Notes under the pieces: model-generated | Seen by the model: the letters and a program-made list of their open reading frames with translations, nothing else | The model's database searches: none | Told to the model about the DNA's origin: nothing | In this document: positions 8,423 to 18,309 of the stretch, in pieces | How the letters are laid out: the number at the start of each line of letters is the position of its first letter | Numbering within the stretch: position 1 is the stretch's first letter | Assembly (NCBI GenBank): GCA_965202805.1 | Contig: OZ241869.1 | Location: forward strand, 96,001-160,000 | Origin: Longimicrobiales bacterium | GTDB taxonomy: Bacteria > Gemmatimonadota > Gemmatimonadetes > Longimicrobiales > Gaopeijiaceae | DNA length: 64,000 nt | Direction of reading: 5' to 3' | Program-made: the position numbers and the translations under genes

Positions 8423-9714
8423 GCCGGGGGCAGGCGCAGAAGGCGAAGGCCTCGAGCCCGGACCGGCGAATGTCGATTCCGGTGGGCAGCGATGCGGAGG
8501 CTTCGGGTTCGGCGCATGCAGGGGGGGCGAACGCGCGGCCGTGGTCCGGCGCGGCGGGCGCGACGCTCTCCCGCCGGCAGTTCGCGGCGCTCATGGCCGC
8601 GGGCGGGGCATCCGCCTTCCTCCCGGGCTGCCGCTCCGATACCGGCGCCGTCGAGCCCGAACTCGAGACGGCGTGGATCAAGGATCCCGAATCCTTCATC
8701 CGCCATGCCACCAACCTGGAGAGCCGGCTCGAGCTGCTGGACGGGCTCATCACCCCCAACGACCTCTTCTTCGTGCGCAACCACGCCCCGACCCCGGTCA
8801 TCGGGGTGGACGACTACCGGCTGCGCGTCACCGGCGACGGCATCGAACGAAGCATCGAGCTCGGCCTCGACGACCTGCGCGCGCTGCCGAGCCAGTCCGT
8901 GATCGCGTATCTGGAGTGCGCCGGCAACTGGCGCGGGTTCTACGCGCGCGTGCTGGGACAGGCGGCCGAGGGCACGCAGTGGGGCACGGGGGCGGTCGGA
9001 TGCGCGGCGTGGTCGGGACCGTCGCTGGCCTCGGTGCTCGAGGCGGCCGGACTGCGTCCGGAGGCGGTGGCGGTGAACCTCGTGGGCCTCGACGACGGAG
9101 CCTTCAGCCGGCCCATGCCGGTGGACAAGGCGATGGACCCGGATACCCTGCTCGCCCTGTCGATGAACGGCGAGCCGCTGCCCCCCGACCACGGATTCCC
9201 CGTGCGCGGGATGGTCCCCGGCTGGGCGGGGAGCAACAGCATCAAGTGGGTGGGAGAGATCCAGGTGTCCACCGAGCCGATCTGGGTGCGGGCCAACACC
9301 AGCTCCTATGTCCTGATCGGCCCGGACTGGCCGGCCGAGCAGTATGCGCCGGCGGACGGCGCTCCGGTGACGGCGTTGCCGGTGAAGAGCGCGCTGGCCC
9401 TCCCCTGGCCGGCGGCCGTCCCGGCGGGGACTACCCGGCTGCGCGGCTTCGCCTACTCCAATGACGGTCCCATCGACTCGGTGGAATGGAGCGCGGACGA
9501 TGGCGCCAGCTGGGCGCCCGCACGCCTGGTCGGCCCTCGCCTGCGCTACGCCTGGACGCGCTTCGAGTTCGAGTGGCAGGCCGCGCCCGGGGCCTACACG
9601 CTGCGGACCCGCGCAACCGACGCTGCGGGCAACACCCAGCCCGTGGAAGGCGTCTGGAACCAGAAGGGATACCTGCTCAACCTGGCGCTTCCGCACCCGG
9701 TGGAGGTGGCCTGA
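8419..9714 (+). CDS. Sulfite oxidase family molybdoenzyme (SorA/SoxC-like), Tat-exported
   Basis: Tat motif SRRQFAAL; FFVRNH, Mo-ligand LECAGN, MNGEPLPPDHGFPVR, SIKW; start uncertain (8419 or later). Confidence 0.9.
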   Translation: MSRGQAQKAKASSPDRRMSIPVGSDAEASGSAHAGGANARPWSGAAGATLSRRQFAALMAAGGASAFLPGCRSDTGAVEPELETAWIKDPESFIRHATNLESRLELLDGLITPNDLFFVRNHAPTPVIGVDDYRLRVTGDGIERSIELGLDDLRALPSQSVIAYLECAGNWRGFYARVLGQAAEGTQWGTGAVGCAAWSGPSLASVLEAAGLRPEAVAVNLVGLDDGAFSRPMPVDKAMDPDTLLALSMNGEPLPPDHGFPVRGMVPGWAGSNSIKWVGEIQVSTEPIWVRANTSSYVLIGPDWPAEQYAPADGAPVTALPVKSALALPWPAAVPAGTTRLRGFAYSNDGPIDSVEWSADDGASWAPARLVGPRLRYAWTRFEFEWQAAPGAYTLRTRATDAAGNTQPVEGVWNQKGYLLNLALPHPVEVA

Positions 9715-9799
9715 GTGGGAGGTGCGGGCAGGAATGTGGAGGCGCGATGACCGCCGCGGAAGGCCGGATGGCGATGCGTCGGCTGCGGGTGAGGCGCGG

Positions 9800-10183
9800 T
9801 TGACGGTGACAGGCCGTCGGCGAACGATCGTGGCGCTCGTCCTGTCCTCGGCCGTCCTCTCCGCCGCCGTGCTGTCGGTCGGCTGCAGCGATGGCCCCCA
9901 GGTCGACGGCGCGCTGGTCTACGCCCAGCGGTGCGCCTTCTGCCACGATGTGGAGGGCCAGGTCGGGGCCGAGATCACGGCAGCGACCCTGGCGTCCCGC
10001 GGAGACGAGGAGACGCTGACGCGATACCTGCGACTGTCGATGCCCTACGAGGCCCCGGGAACCATGACCGATGCGGAATACCGGGCGACCGCGCGCTATC
10101 TGCTGGAGACGCGCGGGCTGGCGGGCGAGTCGAGCGGGGGCGGCGCGGACGGCGAAGAGCCCCCAACGGGAGAGGGCCGATGA
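9800..10183 (+). CDS. Mono-heme cytochrome c (probable lipoprotein)
   Basis: CAFCH heme motif, axial Met in SMPYEAPG, hydrophobic N-terminus with VGC; start approximate. Confidence 0.85.
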   Translation: MTVTGRRRTIVALVLSSAVLSAAVLSVGCSDGPQVDGALVYAQRCAFCHDVEGQVGAEITAATLASRGDEETLTRYLRLSMPYEAPGTMTDAEYRATARYLLETRGLAGESSGGGADGEEPPTGEGR

Positions 10184-10407
10184 ACCGAATCGTGCGACGC
10201 ACCGTGATCGGATTCGTGGTGGGCGCGCTCGCCTTCGGGGTGGCGAGCGTCTATCAGGCGATCAGCTCGGGAGTGGGGCTGGTCCCGACCCTCGGTCCGC
10301 TGGGGTTCATGATGGTCCTGGGCGGCACCATCGGCGGGCTGGCCGGGCCGCTGGTGGGGGAGGCGGTGGCGCGCTCGCGGCAGCGGCGCGCGCAGAGAAG
10401 GAGATGA
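10180..10407 (+). CDS. Small membrane protein (75 aa)
   Basis: ATGA overlap with cytochrome c stop; two hydrophobic Gly-rich helices. Confidence 0.65.
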   Translation: MNRIVRRTVIGFVVGALAFGVASVYQAISSGVGLVPTLGPLGFMMVLGGTIGGLAGPLVGEAVARSRQRRAQRRR

Positions 10408-10420
10408 GCGTGTGCAGGGG

Positions 10421-11125
10421 ATGAAGCTCTCCTCCTTCGAAGTCCTCACCTTCGACTGCTACGGCACGCTCATCGACTGGGAGAGCGGGATTCTCGAGGC
10501 CGTCGCGCACGTGTTGGACGCGCACGGCCGCGATCTGCCTCCAGCGGAGATCCTGGAGCACTTCGCGCGCTTCGAGTCGGCCATCCAGGCGGGCGCCTAC
10601 CTCACCTACCGCGAGGTTCTGTCCCGCGTGGTGGACGAGTTCGGGCGCGAGCTCGGCTTCGTCCCCAGCCCCCGCGAGCGGGCCTCGCTGCCCGAGTCGA
10701 TCGCACGCTGGGCACCCTTCGACGACACCGTCGATGCGCTGCGCATCCTCGCTTCGCGCTATCGGCTGGCGGTGATCTCCAACGTGGACGACGACCTGTT
10801 CGCCTTTTCGGCACGTCGCCTGGGGGTCGAATGGGACGAAGTCGTCACGGCCCGGCAGGCGGGCAGCTACAAGCCCGATGCGCGGAACTTCGAGCTGGCC
10901 CTCAAGCGTCTCGGTCGGCCCGTCGATGCCATTCTGCATGTCGCTCAGAGCCTCTTCCACGACATCGTCCCGGCAAAACGCCTCGGATTCGCCACGGTGC
11001 ATGTGAACCGGGTCTCCCCGCATGGCGGATCGGGGGCTACCATGCCGGTGAGCGCCCGTCCCGACCTGGAAGTGCCGGATCTCCGGTCGCTGGCGGAGAT
11101 GGTTCTGGAGGAGGATGACGGATGA
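10421..11125 (+). CDS. HAD-family hydrolase (haloacid dehalogenase type II-like)
   Basis: TFDCYGTLIDWE, ISNVD, YKP, HVAQSLFHD. Confidence 0.9.
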   Translation: MKLSSFEVLTFDCYGTLIDWESGILEAVAHVLDAHGRDLPPAEILEHFARFESAIQAGAYLTYREVLSRVVDEFGRELGFVPSPRERASLPESIARWAPFDDTVDALRILASRYRLAVISNVDDDLFAFSARRLGVEWDEVVTARQAGSYKPDARNFELALKRLGRPVDAILHVAQSLFHDIVPAKRLGFATVHVNRVSPHGGSGATMPVSARPDLEVPDLRSLAEMVLEEDDG

Positions 11126-11580
11126 GCCGAATGTTGCTCGCGGTCGGCACGGCGCTCGCGGCAGGGTGGGTCGGCGCCGCCTGTGGCGAGCCGCCGGCAT
11201 CGGAGAGGGACGCCGAGGTCGTCGGGCCCCTGGCGGTGGTGCAGGGGCACATGGACGCCTTCAACCGGCACGACGCCGAGGATCTGCTGTCGTGGGTGTC
11301 GCCCGCCGTGGAGTGGGTGAACGTGCAGGGGACCATCACCTCGGTCGAGGTTCGCGGCCGGGAGATGCTGCGCGACTACATGGCGACCTATTTCGAGGCG
11401 CAGCCCACCGTGCGGTCGGAAATCGAGGAGGCGGTGGTCACCGGGGACTTCGTGGCGGTGCGGGAACGGGCATCCTGGACGGCACGGGACGGGGAAGAGC
11501 GGTCCCAGGCCTCGCTCGCCGTCTACCACGTGCGCGACGGGCTGATCCAGCGGGTGTGGTACTATCCGGTCGTGCCTTGA
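11122..11580 (+). CDS. SnoaL/NTF2-like fold lipoprotein
   Basis: Lipobox GAAC; DAFNRHD...AVYHVRDGLIQRVW. Confidence 0.75.
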   Translation: MSRMLLAVGTALAAGWVGAACGEPPASERDAEVVGPLAVVQGHMDAFNRHDAEDLLSWVSPAVEWVNVQGTITSVEVRGREMLRDYMATYFEAQPTVRSEIEEAVVTGDFVAVRERASWTARDGEERSQASLAVYHVRDGLIQRVWYYPVVP

Positions 11581-11713
11581 CGGGGACAGCCGATCAGGCC
11601 TCGACGCGCCATCCGCCGGCAGGCGTGATACTATCCGGCCCGAGTAGATGATACTATTCCCGTCTCGTGATATCATGGGGGTCCGCGGCGCTGACGACGG
11701 CGCCTGAGACCGG

Positions 11714-12076
11714 CTATTTCCTCCGTTTTCCCTTGACGTCCAGAATGGACCCCAGAACCACGCTCACGAATGAGATGATCACGCTGCCCAGGAGAGCGGA
11801 TGCGAAGCCGGCGACGACCAGCCCGTCCGCCAGCCAGTCGGCGAGCATGAGCATGCCGGCGTTGATGACGAGGGTGAAGAGCCCCAGGGTGAGCAGGATG
11901 ACGGGAAAGGCGAAGAACTTCACCACCGGCCTGATGAAGGCGTTGACCAGGGCGAAGATCGCCGCGACCACCACGACCTCTTCGAACCGGTCCCCGAGCC
12001 GGATGCCCGCGACCAGTTCAGCCGCCGCCCAGAGCGCGGCCGCGTTGATGCCGAGTGAGAGGAGAAGCTTGCGCAG
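11714..12076 (-). CDS. Phage holin family 4-TM membrane protein (YvlD/DUF360-like)
   Basis: LVNAFIRPVVKFFAFPVILLTLGLFTLVINAGML; start approximate (CTG at 12076). Confidence 0.85.
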   Translation of the reverse strand: MRKLLLSLGINAAALWAAAELVAGIRLGDRFEEVVVVAAIFALVNAFIRPVVKFFAFPVILLTLGLFTLVINAGMLMLADWLADGLVVAGFASALLGSVIISFVSVVLGSILDVKGKRRK

Positions 12077-12352
12077 CGTTCCGTCCGGTTGCGGGTGGCG
12101 GGGTGGGAGTCCGGCTCCCGATACGCTCGTACCCGGGGGAAGATTCGCGCGTTCACCCGGGTCGCCGGCGGCGCGCGCGGCGGAAGCATGCCGCTCGGGC
12201 GCGGGTGGCCCGCCGTCCCCGCCGCGACGCGCGGGTCCCGGGGCGGCGGATCGCACCCGTTGTCCCGGTCGCAGTGTCACCGAGCCGGCCCGTCGCCGTC
12301 ATCTTCGCCGCCGCGCCCGGGTGAGGTCCGCCCGGGTGCGGGTGCGCGTCCC

Positions 12353-13066
12353 GTGAGCGGGTCCGGCGGGTCCACCGGCGCGCCCGTCGCCATCGTCACG
12401 GCGGCGGGGCGGGGGATGGGAGCGGCGTGCGCCGAGGTGCTCGCCGAGCGCGGCTACCGGGTGGCGCTCATGTCCCGGTCGGCGGAAGCGCGCGAGCTGG
12501 CGGGGCGGCTGGGGGGGTGGGGCATCCGGGGGTCGGTGACCGAGCCGGACGACCTCGCCCGCCTGGTGCAGGGCGCGCTCGACCGCTTCGGCCGTCTGGA
12601 CGGGGTGGTCAACAACACCGGGCATGCCGCGCGCGGCGACCTGCTCGGCCTCGACGACACGGCGTGGCACGACGGCCTGGATCTGCTGCTCCTCAATGTC
12701 GTGCGCATGAGCCGCCTGGTCACGCCCGTCCTGGAGGCCGGGGGCGGGGGCTCCATCGTGAACATCTCCACCTTCGGGGCGAAGCAGCCGACCGCCGCCT
12801 TCCCCATCTCGTCGGCGATCCGGGCGGGGCTGGGCGCCTTCACCCGCATGTACGCCACCCGCTACGCCGCCGCCGGCATCCGCATGAACGACGTTCTGCC
12901 CGGCTACGTCGACAGCTACCCGGTCGAGGAGGCCGCGCGCGCCACCATCCCGGCGGGCCGGCCCGCGCGCACCCGCGAGGTGGCCGAGGCGGTGGCCTTC
13001 CTGATCTCGGACGCGTCGTCCTACGTCACCGGCGAAAGCCTGCTCGTGGACGGCGGGCTGTCGTAG
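12353..13066 (+). CDS. SDR family oxidoreductase
   Basis: VTAAGRGMG, VNNTG, VTGESLLVDGG; GTG start approximate. Confidence 0.85.
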   Translation: MSGSGGSTGAPVAIVTAAGRGMGAACAEVLAERGYRVALMSRSAEARELAGRLGGWGIRGSVTEPDDLARLVQGALDRFGRLDGVVNNTGHAARGDLLGLDDTAWHDGLDLLLLNVVRMSRLVTPVLEAGGGGSIVNISTFGAKQPTAAFPISSAIRAGLGAFTRMYATRYAAAGIRMNDVLPGYVDSYPVEEAARATIPAGRPARTREVAEAVAFLISDASSYVTGESLLVDGGLS

Positions 13067-13130
13067 GGCGACGCGACCCGGCGCCGATGCATCGCCGCTC
13101 GAATGCCGGGTGGCCTCCGTCCACGGGCTG

Positions 13131-14579
13131 CTAGCCCACCCGCTCGAAGATCAGGTCGCGCACGCGCCCGCCGGTGACCGTGAACGCCACCACCCGGCCC
13201 GACCCGTCCCGCCGGAAGCGCAGTTCCGGGAAGAGGCGCGGGTTGCCGGAGAAGGTGTCCTCCCCCGCAGGCGCCAGCGCCGACGGGCCGGTGCGCCAGT
13301 GTCGGGCGACAAGCCTTCCGTCCTCGACCGCGATCTCGTAGGTCATGTCGAGTTCGGGGCTCCGGTAGCGTCCGGCGTACTCGCGCAACCGGGCGTCCGT
13401 CGGCATGGCCGGCGGGGCGTCCGTGATCGCGGCGCTGCCCACCGGCTCGGCTGCCGGGCCCATCAGCTCACCGGCGAAGACCTCCGCGACCCGCAGCGCG
13501 CGCCCGGCGGGATCGCAGTCCGACACGTTGCAGAAGACGGCGACCGAGAGATCCTGCTCCGGGAAGCGGACGAAGTTGGTGCGGTATCCCGCCCAGGAGC
13601 CGCCGTGGCCGAAGTTGGGCAATCCGCGGTACTCGCCGACGGTGAGCCCGTGCGCGTACGCCAGCGTCTCGCCGTCGTTCAGCGCGCCCCGCGCGAGCAT
13701 CGTCCTCACCACCTCCTCGCCCCCGACCTCGCCGGTCTCGTAGTTGCGCATCCACAGGATGAAGTCGTCGATGGTGGTGTTGAGTGAACTCGAAGCCAGC
13801 GCGGTCAGCTGGTTGGGCTGGCGCACGAAGCCCGCGGCCTCATCCGGCGAATAGGACTCGGCCCGTCCGGGCACCACCTCCAGATGATCGTCCGAGAAAT
13901 GCGTGCGGCTCATCCCCAGCGGCTCGAAGATCCGCTGCCGGGTGAACTCGCGGAAGCTCATCCCCGACTGCGCCTCGACGACCCGGGCGAGCAGGTTGTA
14001 GCCGGTGTTGGAGTAGGCGTACTCGGCGCCGGGATCGAAGTTGACGGCCTGCTGCTCGAAGAGCATGCGCAGGATCCTGTCGAAGGAGATGACGTCGCTC
14101 CGTTCCAGCCCGGCCAGCGACATGACGTGCACCCAGTCGCGGATCCCGCTGGTGTGGTGGATGAGGTGCCGGGCCGTGATCCGGACCCCGAAGTCGGGGA
14201 GGTCGGGGACGTAGGCGCGCACGTCCTCGTCGAGGTCAAGCCTGCCGTCGCTCTCCAGCAGGAGTGCCGCCATCGCCCCGAACTGCTTGGAGATGGAGGC
14301 GATGTCGAACACCGTCTCCGGTGTGATCGGGACGCCGTGATCGAGGTGCGCGATGCCGTACCCCGCGCGATGAGCCACCTCGCCCCCGAGCAAGACACCC
14401 ACCGCTGCCCCCGGGCCGTCCCGGTCCAGGTCGGCGAACACGGCGTCGACCCCTGGATGGGAGGGTCCGTCGGGGCCGGTTGCCGCCGGCGAGGCCTGGG
14501 AGGCCGGGCCGCAGCCCGCGACGGCCGTAGCGAAAAACGCGGCCAGGGCGATGGCCGCGGCTCGGGGCGAAAGAGACAT
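13131..14579 (-). CDS. Serine hydrolase (beta-lactamase class C / D-aminopeptidase-like) lipoprotein
   Basis: SxxK in ASISK, YSN, HGGS; lipobox VAGC. Confidence 0.88.
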   Translation of the reverse strand: MSLSPRAAAIALAAFFATAVAGCGPASQASPAATGPDGPSHPGVDAVFADLDRDGPGAAVGVLLGGEVAHRAGYGIAHLDHGVPITPETVFDIASISKQFGAMAALLLESDGRLDLDEDVRAYVPDLPDFGVRITARHLIHHTSGIRDWVHVMSLAGLERSDVISFDRILRMLFEQQAVNFDPGAEYAYSNTGYNLLARVVEAQSGMSFREFTRQRIFEPLGMSRTHFSDDHLEVVPGRAESYSPDEAAGFVRQPNQLTALASSSLNTTIDDFILWMRNYETGEVGGEEVVRTMLARGALNDGETLAYAHGLTVGEYRGLPNFGHGGSWAGYRTNFVRFPEQDLSVAVFCNVSDCDPAGRALRVAEVFAGELMGPAAEPVGSAAITDAPPAMPTDARLREYAGRYRSPELDMTYEIAVEDGRLVARHWRTGPSALAPAGEDTFSGNPRLFPELRFRRDGSGRVVAFTVTGGRVRDLIFERVG

Positions 14580-14796
14580 GATGCGACTCCTGTCCTGGGG
14601 ATGCGGCGCGCGCGAATCGGAAGATGGCGCACGCTACCCGGGGCAGGTCATCGAGGCAAGCGGAAGAACCGAGGGGCCGGGAAGGAGAGGCGGCCCCGGA
14701 CGCGGGTATGGCGGGGAGGATGGATCGGCGGCCGCGGCCCGAAGCGTATCGGCGGCCCCTGCGGGCCGCGGCCACCGTCGTCCTAGGGGATCGAGA

Positions 14797-15144
14797 TCAG
14801 CCGGAGCTTCCTCTGGCTGCGAGAACACCCAGCACGGCACCGACTATACCCGTCACAACCGCCGCAACCACGAGTGCCATCACTGCATCGCCGCTCATGA
14901 TGCCATTGCTCATCAAGCTCATCACAGCGCCGAGCACCGCTCCGCCCTTGAAGCCGTCCTGGGCGTTGCCGACGCCCCTCCAGCCAAGGACAAGAGTGTA
15001 GAATGCTCCGGCAAAGAGGAGGCCAAGGATTCCGTTGAGGTCAAGGCTGGCCGCTTCTCCGACACCTACCGCGCCCTCGACGTAGCCGAGAACCAGCAGC
15101 GCGACGGCAACCGCGACGGTTCCAATTGCAAAATTCCTGTCCAC
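14797..15144 (-). CDS. Small multi-TM membrane protein
   Basis: AGGAGG RBS, GTG at 15144; hydrophobic; resembles 26162-26563. Confidence 0.65.
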   Translation of the reverse strand: MDRNFAIGTVAVAVALLVLGYVEGAVGVGEAASLDLNGILGLLFAGAFYTLVLGWRGVGNAQDGFKGGAVLGAVMSLMSNGIMSGDAVMALVVAAVVTGIVGAVLGVLAARGSSG

Positions 15145-15538
15145 ATTGCCTCCTTCCTGGAGTGAACCTGCTGGAAGAACGCTCAACCGGGCTCGTCGTG
15201 CACGCGATGCATGCCGTGCGTCCCCGGTGGGGCCGTTGGTTGGTTCGGTATCGAATCAGGCTATAGCGACTCCTCGGAAGTGACACGGCAGGTGGGAACA
15301 ACGGGCCGGTCGGCCGGGGAGGGCTCTCCCACCATCGCGGGAAGGAGGCCCCGCGACACCGTGCGGCAGGGACAGACTGACAAAGCAATCCGTCACAATG
15401 GGATCCCGACGGGGTTCGCGCAAGTAAACGCCCAGCAGGGCTGGACATGAGCCTGAAATAACAGCGATGCTTTTGGCCTGTGACCTCTGCGGCAACGACC
15501 CGTTTAACACCCTCAAAACAAAGCGGGAGCTTCGTCCC

Positions 15539-18289
15539 ATGATCAGGCGAATATTGAAGCGTGTTTTCTCTCTCGCGGCCCTCGTCCTCTGGTCCGCGGG
15601 AGCGCTGTCGGCCCAGGGCGCATTGGAGGGAGATGTGCGGGATGCGGCGACCGGGCGTGCACTGGCCGGGGTCCAGATCTCCCTGCCTCAAGTGGGAACG
15701 GGGGGCATCACCGACGCCGAAGGCCACTACCGGCTCGAGGGCATTCCGGCCGGCGCCCAGGGGGTGGAGATCCGTCTCATCGGATACCACACGGAACGTC
15801 GCGACGTGGTCATCGACGACGGGATGACGACGCAGCTCGACATGCTCCTGGCAGAGGAGGCCATCGCCCTGGAGGGGGTGGTCGCGATCGGCACCCGGGC
15901 CCGGCCGCGCACCGTCACCGAGTCCATGGTGCCCATCGACGCCATCCCCCCTGCGGATTTCGTCGATCAGGGCGACACCGACGTGGCCGACCTGCTGCGG
16001 ACCGTGGTGCCTTCCTACAACATCAACCCGCAGGCCACCGGCGACGCGGCCAAGATCATCCGCCCGGCCAACCTGCGCGGGCTGGCGCCCGACCACACGC
16101 TGGTACTGGTCAACGGAAAGCGGCGGCACCGCGCGGCTGCCATCCTCTGGATCGGCAACGGCACTTCCGACGGCGCCCAGGGGCCGGACCTGTCGAGTAT
16201 CCCGGCCATCGCCCTGCGCCAGGCGGAGGTGCTGAGGGACGGAGCCTCCGCCCAGTACGGCTCGGACGCGATCGCCGGGGTCATGAACTTCCAGCTGAGG
16301 AACGATCGCTCCGGCGGTGCCATCGACGTGCGCGGCGGAGGATTCGCGGACGGAGGAGGCGAGTCCTACACGGTGTCCGGCAACATCGGGCTGCCGCTGG
16401 GCGCGTTCGGTTTCGCGAACCTGAGCGCGGAGTACGGGAACTCGGACGCGACCAGCCGCAGCGTGCAGCGCTCCGACGCCGCCCTTCTCACGTCGGTGGG
16501 GAACACCCACGTGCGCGATCCCGCCCAGATCTGGGGTTCCCCGAAGATCGAGGACGATTTGAAGCTGTGGGGCAACTTCGGCCACCTGCTGCGCGGCGGC
16601 ACGCAGCTCTACGCCCACGCCAACTACGCTCGCGAACGGGTCACGGGCGGCTTCTTTTTCCGCAATCCCAACACGCGCGCGGCCGTATTCAGCATCGACG
16701 GGGGCGAGACGCTCCTCATCGGAGATGCGCTCGACGCGCAGGACGGCGTGCTGGACGGGTCGGCGGGATGTCCCACCGTCCGGGTGAACGACGGGTTGCC
16801 GGACCAGGCCGCGCTCGCCCGGGTCATGGCCGACCCGAACTGCTTCACCTTCCAGAAGAGGTTTCCCGGCGGGTTCACGCCCCAGTTCGGAGGCGACGTG
16901 ACCGATGCCTCCGTGGTCGCCGGGGTCAAGGGCCAGACCGCGGGCGGACTGCTCTGGGACGCGAGCGCCAGCTACGGCGCCAACGAGGTGGATTTCTTCA
17001 TCTTCAACACCGTCAACGCCTCGCTGGGACCCGCGACGCCCGACGAGTTCGACCCGGGTCTCTACCGGCAGGCGGAAGTCAACGTCAACGTCGATCTGGG
17101 ATACGCCGCAAGCGACATGGTCAACCTCGCCGGCGGCGCCGAGTGGCGCGACGAGCACTTCACCATCGGTCTGGGTCAGGAGGAATCGTGGGTTATCGGG
17201 CCCTACGCGGCGCAGGGGTTCAGCGCGGGCTCCAACGGGTTTCCCGGCTTCAGCCCGATCGCTGCGGGGGACTGGCACCGCGCCAACTACGCGTTCTACG
17301 GCGACGCGGAGGTGCTGGACCCGGCGGAGGGCCGCTGGAACCTGGGAGGGGCTCTTCGCTTCGAGAACTTCGAGGACTTCGGGGCCACCGTGAACGGGAA
17401 GCTCGCCGCCCGCTACGCGTTGGTGGAGGGAGTCGCGCTGCGCGGCAGCCTGAGCACCGGCTTCCGGGCGCCCACCCCCGGCCAGCAGAACGCCTTCAAC
17501 GTGTCGACCCAGTTCAACCGCGAGCTGCGCGACCTGGTCAACAACGGCACCATCCCCTCGACTTCGAGGGTCGCCCAGCTGCGCGGCGGCGAGCCCCTGG
17601 ACGCGGAAAAGTCGCGCAACCTGGCGCTGGGGGCCGTGATCGGTGCGGGTCGATTCCAGCTTACCGCGGACTACTTCCACGTGCGCGTATCCGACCGCCT
17701 GGCGCTCACTCAGACCTTCGAGCTGAGAGAGGCGGAGAAGGCCCAGCTGGTCGCGGAGGGCATCTCGAGCGCGACGAACCTGCAGAACTTCCGCTTCTTC
17801 ACCAACGATTTCCGCACGCGCACGCAGGGCGTCGACATCGTCGCGACCTGGACGCCGCCCTCGTCAAGCGATACGGAGCTCAGCCTGGCCTTCAATCACA
17901 CCGATACCCGCATCACCCGGTACGATCCCGATGTGGTGAACGACACCCGCATCCGGCAGCTCGAGGAGGGGCTCCCGAGGTACCGCTGGCTGGTCACCGG
18001 CAAGCATGCCCTCGGCGGCGTGCGCCTGCTGGCGCGGCTCAGTTACTACGACGGCTGGTTCGACTCCAGAGACGACACATCCTACGGAGGCGACCATCTG
18101 GTCGACCTGGAGGCGTCGTATTCGCTGAACGAGTCCGCAACGGTGACGATCGGGGGCCAGAACGCGCTCAACAACTATCCGCAGGAGAATCCCAACGCGA
18201 TCTTCTCGGGCAATCGATACGGTCCCAATTCGCCGTTCGGGTCGAACGGCGGCTTCTATTACCTCCGATTCGGATATCGGTGGGAATAA
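15539..18289 (+). CDS. TonB-dependent receptor with N-terminal carboxypeptidase-regulatory-like domain
   Basis: Signal peptide; plug motifs LRGLAPDHTLVLVNGKRRH and EVLRDGASAQYGSDAIAGVMN; aromatic barrel end YRWE. Confidence 0.93.
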   Translation: MIRRILKRVFSLAALVLWSAGALSAQGALEGDVRDAATGRALAGVQISLPQVGTGGITDAEGHYRLEGIPAGAQGVEIRLIGYHTERRDVVIDDGMTTQLDMLLAEEAIALEGVVAIGTRARPRTVTESMVPIDAIPPADFVDQGDTDVADLLRTVVPSYNINPQATGDAAKIIRPANLRGLAPDHTLVLVNGKRRHRAAAILWIGNGTSDGAQGPDLSSIPAIALRQAEVLRDGASAQYGSDAIAGVMNFQLRNDRSGGAIDVRGGGFADGGGESYTVSGNIGLPLGAFGFANLSAEYGNSDATSRSVQRSDAALLTSVGNTHVRDPAQIWGSPKIEDDLKLWGNFGHLLRGGTQLYAHANYARERVTGGFFFRNPNTRAAVFSIDGGETLLIGDALDAQDGVLDGSAGCPTVRVNDGLPDQAALARVMADPNCFTFQKRFPGGFTPQFGGDVTDASVVAGVKGQTAGGLLWDASASYGANEVDFFIFNTVNASLGPATPDEFDPGLYRQAEVNVNVDLGYAASDMVNLAGGAEWRDEHFTIGLGQEESWVIGPYAAQGFSAGSNGFPGFSPIAAGDWHRANYAFYGDAEVLDPAEGRWNLGGALRFENFEDFGATVNGKLAARYALVEGVALRGSLSTGFRAPTPGQQNAFNVSTQFNRELRDLVNNGTIPSTSRVAQLRGGEPLDAEKSRNLALGAVIGAGRFQLTADYFHVRVSDRLALTQTFELREAEKAQLVAEGISSATNLQNFRFFTNDFRTRTQGVDIVATWTPPSSSDTELSLAFNHTDTRITRYDPDVVNDTRIRQLEEGLPRYRWLVTGKHALGGVRLLARLSYYDGWFDSRDDTSYGGDHLVDLEASYSLNESATVTIGGQNALNNYPQENPNAIFSGNRYGPNSPFGSNGGFYYLRFGYRWE

Positions 18290-18309
18290 CGCCGGAAGGC
18301 TGGAGTCTG

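Noticed and set aside
11714..12076. Prophage implied by a holin-family gene
   Set aside because: This family is commonly chromosomal and there are no other phage genes.
15145..15538. Cobalamin or c-di-GMP riboswitch upstream of the TonB receptor
   Set aside because: Hairpins and a GGGAAGG are present, but I could not find the ordered conserved motifs; an Rfam scan would settle it.
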